Shown: positions 19,178 through 26,705 of the stretch, piece by piece
How positions within the stretch are numbered: position 1 is the first letter of the stretch
Layout: each line of letters starts with the position of its first letter
DNA from: Candidatus Spongiihabitans sp.
Lineage (GTDB): Bacteria; Pseudomonadota; Gammaproteobacteria; Arenicellales; Poriferihabitantaceae
Direction: 5' to 3'
Length of the DNA: 64,000 nucleotides
Assembly (NCBI GenBank): GCA_965206355.1
Contig: OZ242212.1
Span: 2,014,814 to 2,078,813, forward strand
The notes under the pieces: model-generated
What the model saw: the letters and a program-made list of their open reading frames with translations, nothing else
What the model was told of the DNA's origin: nothing
The model's database searches: none
Program-made: the position numbers and the translations under genes

Positions 19178-19663
19178 TTGGAATCTGAACGTCAACATTC
19201 AACCGACCCTCTCGCATATTTGATAACAGCTGGTATTGCCATAGAACTCTATATGAAGGCTTTAATGATATGTGCAAGAAATGGAACGATCACAAAGGGC
19301 CATGACCTTACAAAGTTGTACTCTGAGTTTCCCGAATTCCTTAAAACTCCATTAAATCAAAAATACCAACAGCAACTAGAATACAGGCAGATGGATTTAC
19401 AAAGCTACGCCTACACACTTTCCGAAGCCCAACCCGAGAGGCCAAGCGATAACATACCCTCCAACGATTACAGGAGTATGAACTCTGCCTTGTTGAGCTT
19501 ATCCGATATATTTACACGGTCTCGTTACTTTTTTGAAAAAAATCACGAAGGAGACTACGCCATATTCGAATTTCCTAAAGTTCAGATTGAGGCCATTTTC
19601 ACTTCTTTCGATAGCGTATATATTGAATACATGGAGGGAGTTTATGCGACTCGGACTAGGTAA
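19178..19663 (+). CDS. HEPN-like domain protein (cassette 1); start uncertain (TTG)
   Basis: AIELYMKALMICARNGTITKGHDLTKLY resembles the HEPN helix pattern A.E..lKAl....G.....HDL..L, and an Rx6H candidate RYFFEKNH lies near the C-terminus. No ATG start, so the gene may be 5'-truncated. Confidence 0.4.
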   Translation: MESERQHSTDPLAYLITAGIAIELYMKALMICARNGTITKGHDLTKLYSEFPEFLKTPLNQKYQQQLEYRQMDLQSYAYTLSEAQPERPSDNIPSNDYRSMNSALLSLSDIFTRSRYFFEKNHEGDYAIFEFPKVQIEAIFTSFDSVYIEYMEGVYATRTR

Positions 19664-19674
19664 AAACTAGTGCC

Positions 19675-19730
19675 GCCTAACAAAGTACTCCAGCGGACGG
19701 CTACGCCGCCGCTGAGTTTAATCGTTAGAA
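19675..19730 (+). other. attC site 1 (56 bp)
   Basis: Inverse core GCCTAAC (19675-19681), core GTTAGAA (19724-19730), internal pairing CAGCGGACGG / CCGCCGCTG. Confidence 0.8.
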
Positions 19731-19742
19731 CTCATAAGAATA

Positions 19743-20071
19743 ATGATGAAGAAACTACATATTGCAATTTCTACAAATAAGATAAACGAGACAATAAACG
19801 ATTACACTATTCGCCTAGGTGTCGAACCGTGTCTATTTGTTCCGAACGAATACGCATTATGGAGAACGGACTCGCTGAATGTATCGATTTGCCAAGATTT
19901 TTCTTGTACACTTGGAGACCTTCGACATTTAGGTTGGGAAGATGATTCCGCTCAAGAATTTAGCAAGATACTGACGTAAACGGAATTATTTGGGAATATT
20001 TTAATGCTCAACAACAAGCTGACGAAATTAACGAACTATGGTCAGAAATAAATTATCAGCCAGCAGATTGA
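19743..20071 (+). pseudogene. VOC/glyoxalase-like cassette gene with an apparent frameshift (cassette 2)
   Basis: The 78-aa ORF stops at 19979, but another frame continues NGIIWEYFNAQQQADEINELWSEINYQPAD* to 20071, ending exactly at the attC inverse core. The joined ..DVNGIIWEYF resembles the C-terminal D.dG..iE motif of VOC proteins. Confidence 0.35.
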
Positions 20072-20072
20072 G

Positions 20073-20129
20073 TTCTAACAAATTATTCCAGCCGACCGCT
20101 AACGCGGCGGCTGAATTCTAGCGTTATAC
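20073..20129 (+). other. attC site 2 (57 bp)
   Basis: Inverse core (GAG)TTCTAAC and core GTTATAC. The cassette starts TTAGAACTC, which is the reverse complement of GAGTTCTAA. Confidence 0.8.
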
Positions 20130-20144
20130 GCATAAGGAAATAAA

Positions 20145-20615
20145 ATGAAGAGAGTTCTAATTTTACCACTGCTGTTTTTTACATTATCAACTCATACTAT
20201 GGCTCAAGAAACGCCTGTTGATGAAATGTTTAGAGTTATGTCTATGGATAAACAAATAACGGGTGGTTTCGAAGCTATGATGCCTGTGATTGATCAAATG
20301 ACTTCTAAATTCAATTTAGATTCCGAAGGTAAGGAAGAGTTACGGGGGATTTTTCGCACATGGTTTAATGAAGATATTGACCGTGAAAAAATTATTCGGG
20401 AAGTTAAAAAACTGTATTCTCAAACTTTTACTAATGACGAACTTCGTGAAGTAACGAAATTTTATCAATCATCTGTAGGCAAAAAATTCTTAGAAAAATC
20501 AGCTTTACTAATACAAACCGGAACACAAATAGGTATGAAAGAAGCGCAAACTAAACAAGTTAAATTAATAGAACGTGTAAAACCTTTCTTAGAAAAACAT
20601 GGCATCAAGCAGTAA
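20145..20615 (+). CDS. secreted DUF2059-like protein (cassette 3)
   Basis: Signal peptide MKRVLILPLLFFTLSTHTMA|QE and RBS AAGGAA. The segment YSQTFTNDELREVTKFYQSSVGKKFLEKSALL matches my recollection of the DUF2059 family pattern. Confidence 0.55.
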   Translation: MKRVLILPLLFFTLSTHTMAQETPVDEMFRVMSMDKQITGGFEAMMPVIDQMTSKFNLDSEGKEELRGIFRTWFNEDIDREKIIREVKKLYSQTFTNDELREVTKFYQSSVGKKFLEKSALLIQTGTQIGMKEAQTKQVKLIERVKPFLEKHGIKQ

Positions 20616-20617
20616 GC

Positions 20618-20718
20618 GTATAACAAGCCATTCAAGCAGGACTTTTAACAGTTGGCTAGGTTCCGCTTCGCTTCACATTTTAGCCAACAATTAAAAGCCT
20701 CTTATTGGGCCGTTAGAC
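20618..20718 (+). other. attC site 3 (101 bp, long type)
   Basis: Inverse core GTATAAC and core GTTAGAC, with internal pairings CTTTTAA/TTAAAAG and TTGGCTA/TAGCCAA. The cassette starts TTATACGC, the reverse complement of GCGTATAA. Confidence 0.8.
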
Positions 20719-20735
20719 AACAGAAGAGGATAACG

Positions 20736-20987
20736 ATGAAATTTAATTTAACGACACCAAAGGCTATTTTGATAAGCTCCCTTATTATTACATTAGTGAT
20801 AACCCTCAAAACGGAAAATAGATTATCTTTTGTCCCAGAAGCAAAAGCGGAAGTTGCTGGTATGGGTTACCGTGATTTAAGAAGGGATAGAGATTTTAAA
20901 AAAGCAGTAAAATATATCGTAGAAAACTGTACCGTTAATGGATATGTAGAAGATGGCTATCTCTACAATTCACAAATATCTTGTTAA
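20736..20987 (+). CDS. small membrane-anchored hypothetical protein (cassette 4, first ORF)
   Basis: 83 aa from the ATG at 20736, preceded by AAGAGGA. One N-terminal TM helix (AILISSLIITLVITL). The longer ORF from 20652 would start inside attC 3. Confidence 0.45.
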   Translation: MKFNLTTPKAILISSLIITLVITLKTENRLSFVPEAKAEVAGMGYRDLRRDRDFKKAVKYIVENCTVNGYVEDGYLYNSQISC

Positions 20988-21007
20988 TCAAATCAAGGAG
21001 AAAAATT

Positions 21008-21214
21008 ATGTCTCAATACTATGTAAATAAAAATGCTCAATCAAATGGAGATCATGAAGTCCATACAACTGGCTGTTCATATCTGCCTGAACAGCAAAAT
21101 AGAGTATATCTAGGTGACTTCAGTAGTTGCCATTATGCAATAACTGAAGCACGGAAACACTATTCTCAAGTTAATGGATGCTATTATTGCTGTAATGCCT
21201 GTCACACTCAATAG
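21008..21214 (+). CDS. small Cys/His-rich hypothetical protein (cassette 4, second ORF)
   Basis: 68 aa from the ATG at 21008, preceded by AAGGAG: MSQYYVNKNAQSNGDHEVHTTGCSYLP...GCYYCCNACH. No attC separates it from the upstream ORF. Confidence 0.5.
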   Translation: MSQYYVNKNAQSNGDHEVHTTGCSYLPEQQNRVYLGDFSSCHYAITEARKHYSQVNGCYYCCNACHTQ

Positions 21215-21223
21215 ACAGCGATT

Positions 21224-21298
21224 GTCTAACAAGCACCTGCACTGGATGTCTTTTTCGCACTTCGTGCTCCAAAGTCACCAGTGAGGTGAACGTTAGCA
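21224..21298 (+). other. attC site 4 (75 bp)
   Basis: Inverse core GTCTAAC and core GTTAGCA, with internal pairing CACCTGCACTGG / CCAGTGAGGTG. The cassette starts TTAGACAA, the reverse complement of TTGTCTAA. Confidence 0.8.
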
Positions 21299-21894
21299 GT
21301 ACATGGAGTTTAGGTGCTTTGGGCAAGTTAATTATTAAAATTCTAAAGATATCGCTACTTTTGTTAGTTGCTATTGCTCTTATTATTGGAGCGTATTTCG
21401 GTTACCTAGACTACGAAAAATCTCAAAAACTAAAAGCCGAGTTAAGTTACAAATCTAAACATGAATGGATATGGCACGATGAATATGAACGTATTCAAAT
21501 AAGACATATTGATGCTATTGGCAAAAGTATGCTTCGCAAAGTTTATACTCATAAAAATCATGTTATTTATGCGTATAAAAATGACGACTATTCACTTCAA
21601 GCAACAGTTTTATTTTTTGTACCTTGTGAGCCACAAAGTGAAATCATAACATCACAAGAGTTTAGTTCGGGTGAACCCAAAAAACTTGTATGCAACTCAG
21701 ACGGTGAAGCTCTTCGTTTTGGTGTTAGTTGGTCAGATAAAAGTAGTGATAAGCTTTGGGAAGAAAAGCTTGATGGGTTTAGTTTAAGAGTTGATTTCTC
21801 AGATTGGGACTTTACGAAATTAGATCAAGAAGTAACTTTATCAAAAGCTGAGCCAAAAAGTACTGCTAACAAGTCGCTCAAGCGGACGCGCTAA
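21286..21894 (+). CDS. hypothetical membrane-anchored protein (cassette 5); start uncertain (GTG inside attC 4)
   Basis: 202-aa ORF with one N-terminal TM helix (ISLLLLVAIALIIGAYFGY). I recognise no motif. Its 3' end runs into attC 5. Confidence 0.45.
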   Translation: MNVSSTWSLGALGKLIIKILKISLLLLVAIALIIGAYFGYLDYEKSQKLKAELSYKSKHEWIWHDEYERIQIRHIDAIGKSMLRKVYTHKNHVIYAYKNDDYSLQATVLFFVPCEPQSEIITSQEFSSGEPKKLVCNSDGEALRFGVSWSDKSSDKLWEEKLDGFSLRVDFSDWDFTKLDQEVTLSKAEPKSTANKSLKRTR

Positions 21895-21919
21895 TCGCTC
21901 GCTTAGCAAGGCATTAGAT
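21864..21919 (+). other. attC site 5 (56 bp)
   Basis: Inverse core TGCTAAC and degenerate core ATTAGAT. The cassette starts TTAGCAGTA, the reverse complement of TACTGCTAA. Confidence 0.7.
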
Positions 21920-21937
21920 GACAAAAGGAAAATAACC

Positions 21938-22627
21938 ATGTTTTGGGATTCCGTTCTTGGTGGCCTTAAAGTGTTGACTTATTGGGAAGTGTATGTTGCC
22001 GGACTTGCGTATCTTGCAATATTTTTTATTCCGATGGCCATAATTAGCATGGTTATGGAAAAAGATGAAGGTCGTGGAGCATTTACAGGTTGTCTCAGTA
22101 AATTTTTAATACCTTTGCCTAAAGCAGTAGCAATGGCAATTATGATTCTTACCATCGCGCCGATAATCTTTGGCCTTTCCGAGGACGCAGCATGGAGTTT
22201 TCCATGGCAATTTATAGTTATGGAACCGGGCGTTTTTTTAATGCTTTTGAGTGTCCTAGCCGTCGTACATACAGCTATTCCAGGATTTGTACCAATCAAC
22301 CCGGTGCAATCATTACAAACGCTTGTGCTTGGCGGAATCACACTCGTGATTGTTCTCAACGGTATTCTTGATTCAATTAGTCCGGGCATAGTCAAAGATC
22401 GCGTAGATTTTATTCCTGGGTTCTGGTTTTCGACAAGCCTAATCGTATTGGGGTACGTTCTGTCAGGGGTTGGCATGATAGTAGGAACCATAATAGGATC
22501 GGTGTTTGCAATGGGCAAAAAAAATATCGGTGAGTTAATTGTGATCCCTATCTCAGAAATATTCGGTTTTGTTCCAGTATTTATGTATGGCGCATGGATA
22601 GGCGCACAAGTCCGAGGCGGTTTCTAA
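21938..22627 (+). CDS. hypothetical polytopic membrane protein (cassette 6)
   Basis: 229-aa ORF with about 6-7 hydrophobic helices and RBS AAAGGAA. No motif recognised. Confidence 0.5.
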   Translation: MFWDSVLGGLKVLTYWEVYVAGLAYLAIFFIPMAIISMVMEKDEGRGAFTGCLSKFLIPLPKAVAMAIMILTIAPIIFGLSEDAAWSFPWQFIVMEPGVFLMLLSVLAVVHTAIPGFVPINPVQSLQTLVLGGITLVIVLNGILDSISPGIVKDRVDFIPGFWFSTSLIVLGYVLSGVGMIVGTIIGSVFAMGKKNIGELIVIPISEIFGFVPVFMYGAWIGAQVRGGF

Positions 22628-22633
22628 TATGTC

Positions 22634-22694
22634 ATCTAACAAGGCGTAGAAAGCGAATTGCCAAAACGCTACGCACTTTATTAACCAGTTAACC
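22634..22694 (+). other. attC site 6 (61 bp)
   Basis: Inverse core ATCTAAC and core-like GTTAACC, with internal pairing GGCGTAG / CTACGC(A)C. The cassette starts TTAGATGAC, the reverse complement of GTCATCTAA. Confidence 0.75.
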
Positions 22695-22860
22695 TAGCAC
22701 TATATTTAGACCGATCCTGGATACTAATTTAGATGAATCTTAACCCATTTTTTTAATTAAAATGAGACCTTTGCACGAAACCACAAGAATCTGCGTTGAG
22801 AATTTGCGATAATAGGTTCAAGCACTATACCCCACCACACTACCCCCTGGAGGAGAAGAA

Positions 22861-24003
22861 ATGGCCTGGAAAAACCTCACGCAACGCAGTTTGGCGGATG
22901 GCATGTTGATCGAGCATGATGCCCTCAAAGAACTGGATGGTGTGCACGAATTAATCGATTGGTCGCGCCTTGAGCAACTGCTTTCAGGTATTCATGCAAG
23001 CCCTCGGGGCGAGAAGGCCTGGCCGCCATTGATGATGGTTAAAGCGTTGTTGCTGCAAAGCTGGTACGGGCTCAGTGATCCGGCACTGGAAAAGCAATTG
23101 GCGCGAGACCTGCTGTTTCGTCGCTTCACCGGTCTGGACATTTCAGAATCGGTGCCGGATCACACGACGTTGTGGCGGTTTAGACAAACGCTGGAGCGCT
23201 TATCCTTGATGGATGCGTGCCTGGGTGAGATCAACACGCAATTGAGCGAACAAGGGCTTTACATCCAATCGGGAGGGGTCAGTATTGTTGATGCCAGTGT
23301 GATTGAAGCGAAGCCATGTCGTCCCTACAAGGGTCGTCCCCATAAGAACCAGGAAGGTCATTCGACCCAAGACCCCGAGGCCAGCTGGAATGTGAAAGCC
23401 GGGTCGGATGGAAAGCGCAAAAGCACATATGGGTATAAGGCGCACATAAATGTGGATGAAGATGGGTTCATCAAGTCAACCGACTACAGCCCGGGTAATG
23501 TGCATGATTCCAATTGCTTTACGGATTTATTAGGCGGCGATGAGACGGCGGTTTATGCGGATAGTGCTTATCGTAGTCGGGCTCACGACCAGTGGCTGGC
23601 GGAGCGACAGATAGATAGAGACCTTTGCACGAAAGCCATTTCACCTGCATACTGCGTTAAAAACGTACTCAATCGGTCATTTATAAGCATAAACTCCCTC
23701 ATTCCGTGCGTTTTTGCCTTGCCTGAAAGCGAAATCATCTTCCGTGCAAAGGTCTCAGATAACCGGGTCATCAAACGTGGCTATCGGAACAAGCCGTTGG
23801 ATGCACAGGGGAGGAAGTTTAATCGGCTTCATTCTGGGGTACGCTGTACGGTGGAACGTGTCTTTGGGGTGCTCAAGCTACACTACGGGATGGGCAAAGC
23901 CCGCTACCTGGGTCTTGGCCGTAACCGCACGCGCTTTGAGTTGATGTGCGTCGCCCACAATATCAAGCGGGGTTTATCGCTTCAGCAGGCAAGTTGCGCC
24001 TAA
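22861..24003 (+). CDS. IS5-family DDE transposase with an in-frame 144-bp MITE+duplication insertion (probably inactive)
   Basis: WPPLMMVKALLLQSWYGLSDPALE, VDASVIEA, YADSAYRS and VERVFGVLK match the IS5/DDE_Tnp_1 pattern. Residues RDLCTKAISPAYCVKNVLNRSFISINSLIPCVFALPESEIIFRAKVSD are MITE-encoded, between the second D and the E. Confidence 0.8.
   Translation: MAWKNLTQRSLADGMLIEHDALKELDGVHELIDWSRLEQLLSGIHASPRGEKAWPPLMMVKALLLQSWYGLSDPALEKQLARDLLFRRFTGLDISESVPDHTTLWRFRQTLERLSLMDACLGEINTQLSEQGLYIQSGGVSIVDASVIEAKPCRPYKGRPHKNQEGHSTQDPEASWNVKAGSDGKRKSTYGYKAHINVDEDGFIKSTDYSPGNVHDSNCFTDLLGGDETAVYADSAYRSRAHDQWLAERQIDRDLCTKAISPAYCVKNVLNRSFISINSLIPCVFALPESEIIFRAKVSDNRVIKRGYRNKPLDAQGRKFNRLHSGVRCTVERVFGVLKLHYGMGKARYLGLGRNRTRFELMCVAHNIKRGLSLQQASCA
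23618..23756 (+). mobile_element. MITE copy 4 (139 bp) inside the IS5-family transposase gene
   Basis: Full termini are present. 5-bp duplication AGATA (23613-23617 and 23757-23761). Confidence 0.85.
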
Positions 24004-24011
24004 AAAATGAA

Positions 24012-24729
24012 GGGGCTGTCCTAGATAACACTGAAAGAGTGCTATCATGGGATCAATGAGAAAGAGTCGTTTAAGCCGTTATAAACAAGGTCGTCTTATC
24101 GAGCATTTTGTGTCGGGTTCAACCGCCCGCACGGCAGCGTTGCTGGTTGGGATCAACAAGTCCACATCGGCGTATTTTTATCACCGGTTGCGCGAGATTA
24201 TCGCATATGAGCTTGAACAAGAAAGCCATGAGGTTTTTGACGGGGAGATTGAAGTCGATGAAAGTTATTTTGGCGGTGGTCGCAAAGGCAAACGAGGTCG
24301 GGGAGCGGCGGGGAAAATCCCGGTGTTTGGCTTACTCAAACGGGGCGGGAGGGTTTACACCAAGATTATCCCGGATGCCTGTTCAGCAACCTTGATGCCA
24401 ATTATTGAGCGTAAAGTGGTTCCGGACAGCATCGTTTATTCCGACTGTTGGAGCGGTTATAATGTGCTGGACGTGAGCGATTTCAAGCACCACCGCATCA
24501 ACCATTCCCAACGCTTCGCGGAGCAGGGGAATCACATCAACGGCATTGAGAACTTTTGGAGTCAGGCGAAGCGTCATATGCACAAATTCAACGGTGTTCC
24601 CAAGGCGCATTTTGGGCTGTTTTTGAAGGAGTGCGAGTGGCGTTTTAACAACAGCGACCCAATATCTCAATTATTTCAATTAAAACAATGGGTTGGAGTT
24701 CATTTAAACTAGTTATCTAGGACAGCCCC
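24012..24729 (+). mobile_element. IS1595-family (IS1016-like, 718 bp) insertion sequence nested in the IS5-family element
   Basis: 18-bp perfect terminal inverted repeats GGGGCTGTCCTAGATAAC / GTTATCTAGGACAGCCCC. 8-bp target duplication AAAATGAA (24004-24011 and 24730-24737). Confidence 0.85.
24047..24712 (+). CDS. IS1595-family transposase (ISXO2-like DDE domain)
   Basis: 221-aa ORF. EVDESYFGG, IVYSDCWSGY, HHRINHS and INGIENFWSQAKR match my recollection of IS1595/IS1016 transposases. Confidence 0.8.
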   Translation: MGSMRKSRLSRYKQGRLIEHFVSGSTARTAALLVGINKSTSAYFYHRLREIIAYELEQESHEVFDGEIEVDESYFGGGRKGKRGRGAAGKIPVFGLLKRGGRVYTKIIPDACSATLMPIIERKVVPDSIVYSDCWSGYNVLDVSDFKHHRINHSQRFAEQGNHINGIENFWSQAKRHMHKFNGVPKAHFGLFLKECEWRFNNSDPISQLFQLKQWVGVHLN

Positions 24730-24861
24730 AAAATGAAAAAGGGGTGAAAGATGGGCTAATCGGCCAACCAATACGGCTGATTGAGTGCTTTTTGGGCATC
24801 TTTCTCAAAAAAAGCCCGTTTGGAGAACTGAGAAACCCTACAATGTGCCCGTGCAAAGGTT

Positions 24862-26652
24862 TCATTTTTTCTTAGGCATATACAAATCAGTAATCGTACC
24901 CTCAAAGGCTTCGGCAGCAAATCCTAATGTTTCTGCCAGAGTCGGGTGAGCGTGGATTGATAATCCAATATCAGCGGCATCCGCGTTCATCTCAATAGCG
25001 AGTACCGCTTCGGCGATGAGATCTCCGGCATTATTGCCAGTTATCCCAGCACCGATAATGCGATCATTGCCTTTATTAAAAAGTAATTTAGTTATACCTT
25101 CGTTGCGACCCTGAGACAGTGATCTACCGCTGGCTACCCAGGGGAAAACCCCTTTCCCATAATTCAAACCTTGTGCCTTGGCTTCGGTTTCGGTGATGCC
25201 AACCCAGGCTATCTCCGGATCGGTATAGGCAACATTCGGTATCACTTTGGCATCAAACCCGCTCTTTAATCCTGCTGCTACTTCTGCGGCAACTTTCCCT
25301 TCATGGGATGCTTTATGCGCCAGCATCGGTTGCCCGACGGTGTCGCCAATCGCAAAGATATGCGGGATATTGGTCTGTTGTTGGTTATTGACTTCAATAA
25401 AGCCACGCTCTGAGACGATAATACCTGCCGCTTCGGCGTTAATACGCTTGCCATTCGGAGTACGCCCAACCGCAACCAAAACACCATCAAAAGTGCTATG
25501 TGGCGGGGCTTTATCACCCTCAAAAGTTACTTTGATGCCGCTTTTTAATGCCTTCATTCCGGTTACTCTGGTTTTCAGCCAGATGTTTTGGTATTGCGCT
25601 TTAATACGTTTTAACAATGGGCGCACCAAGTCCACATCAGTACCCTGCATCAGACCATCAAGCATTTCCACAACGCTGATTTTACTGCCCAGCGCATGAT
25701 ATACCGTTGCCATTTCCAGACCAATAATGCCGCCGCCGACAATGAGTAATTTTTCAGGAATATTATTGAGTGCCAATGCCGCGGTAGAATCCATCACTCT
25801 GGCATCATGGTGAGGAAAGTCGGCAATCTCGACTGACTCCGAGCCGACGGCAATAATCATTTTGTCAAAGGAAATGGTCTCAGAGCCAGTGCTTGACGAC
25901 ACCTCAATCATATTTGCCGTTTGCAGTTGTCCGACACCTTGAATGACGGTTACCTTGCGTTTTTTTGCAAGCCCTGACAATCCCTGAGTTAATTGATTAA
26001 CGAGAGCGTTTTTCCAACTCAGGGTTTGTTTAATGTCGATTTTCGGTGCCGCGAAAGTCAAACCAACATGCTCGGCCTGCTCGCTTTCAGCAATCACTCT
26101 CGCCACATGCAGCAAGGCTTTTGAAGGGATACAACCGACATTGAGACAAACCCCACCCAAGCGTTGGTGTTTTTCAACAAGTGTAACCTGCAATCCGAGG
26201 TCGGCTGCCCGAAATGCCGCAGTATAACCACCCGGTCCCGCACCCAATACCAGCAACTCGGTATGTTTGTCGGCATTGTGTCCAACCGCCGCTCGTGATG
26301 AGGCGGGGGATGCGGGTGCGTCTCCTGCATCGGCTGGGGTGGATGAATTCGGGAATTCAGCGGCTTGTTCTGGCGGCGGTTGTGCGGGGAGCGTTTTTTG
26401 CTGAATCTGTGGGTCAGCTTCAATAATAAACAGCACCTGACCGCTGCAAATCCGATCACCCACCGCAATGTTCACTACCTTAACAACACCACCGTTGCTG
26501 GCGGGAATTTCCATAGTCGCCTTATCACTCTCAATAGCGAGCAATGGCTCATCGGTCGCTATAACATCACCAACCTGCACGAAAATCTCGATAATGGGAA
26601 CATTTTCAAATTCCCCTAAATCGGGGGTTTTGAGCTCAATTTGATTGGACAT
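24862..26652 (-). CDS. lpdA: dihydrolipoyl dehydrogenase (E3) with an N-terminal lipoyl domain
   Basis: 596-aa ORF with an N-terminal lipoyl motif (IESDKATMEIPA), FAD motif GAGPGGY, redox-active GGVCLNVGCIPSK, and a C-terminus ending ..TDLYMPKKK as in Lpd. Confidence 0.9.
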   Translation of the reverse strand: MSNQIELKTPDLGEFENVPIIEIFVQVGDVIATDEPLLAIESDKATMEIPASNGGVVKVVNIAVGDRICSGQVLFIIEADPQIQQKTLPAQPPPEQAAEFPNSSTPADAGDAPASPASSRAAVGHNADKHTELLVLGAGPGGYTAAFRAADLGLQVTLVEKHQRLGGVCLNVGCIPSKALLHVARVIAESEQAEHVGLTFAAPKIDIKQTLSWKNALVNQLTQGLSGLAKKRKVTVIQGVGQLQTANMIEVSSSTGSETISFDKMIIAVGSESVEIADFPHHDARVMDSTAALALNNIPEKLLIVGGGIIGLEMATVYHALGSKISVVEMLDGLMQGTDVDLVRPLLKRIKAQYQNIWLKTRVTGMKALKSGIKVTFEGDKAPPHSTFDGVLVAVGRTPNGKRINAEAAGIIVSERGFIEVNNQQQTNIPHIFAIGDTVGQPMLAHKASHEGKVAAEVAAGLKSGFDAKVIPNVAYTDPEIAWVGITETEAKAQGLNYGKGVFPWVASGRSLSQGRNEGITKLLFNKGNDRIIGAGITGNNAGDLIAEAVLAIEMNADAADIGLSIHAHPTLAETLGFAAEAFEGTITDLYMPKKK

Positions 26653-26705
26653 TGCCGTAGAAATTTTGAGTGGGTTTATCGGTGGCAGACATTAACAACT
26701 ATAAA

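Larger units (their letters stand above)
19137..22763 (+). mobile_element. integron gene-cassette array without an integrase (CALIN-type): six attC sites, six complete cassettes and one truncated cassette
   Basis: Each ORF or ORF pair is followed by an imperfect palindrome that begins with an ..YTAAC inverse core and ends with a GTTRRR-like core. The first 8-9 nt of every cassette are the reverse complement of that cassette's own inverse core, as expected for circularisable cassettes. No intI is present in the window. The left edge is uncertain and the right edge is cut by the IS at 22764. Confidence 0.8.
22764..24863 (+). mobile_element. IS5-family insertion sequence carrying two nested insertions
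   Basis: Termini are GAGACCTTTGCACGAAA (left) and CGTGCAAAGGTTTC (right). It encodes a DDE transposase. No matching direct repeat flanks it (AAAAT on the left, ATTTT on the right). Confidence 0.8.

Noticed and set aside
19675-22694. Regularly spaced palindromic repeats considered as a CRISPR array
   Set aside because: The repeats differ in length (56-101 bp) and sequence, are imperfect palindromes with TAAC/GTT core sites, and are separated by 0.4-0.8-kb ORF-containing units. These are attC sites, not CRISPR repeats.
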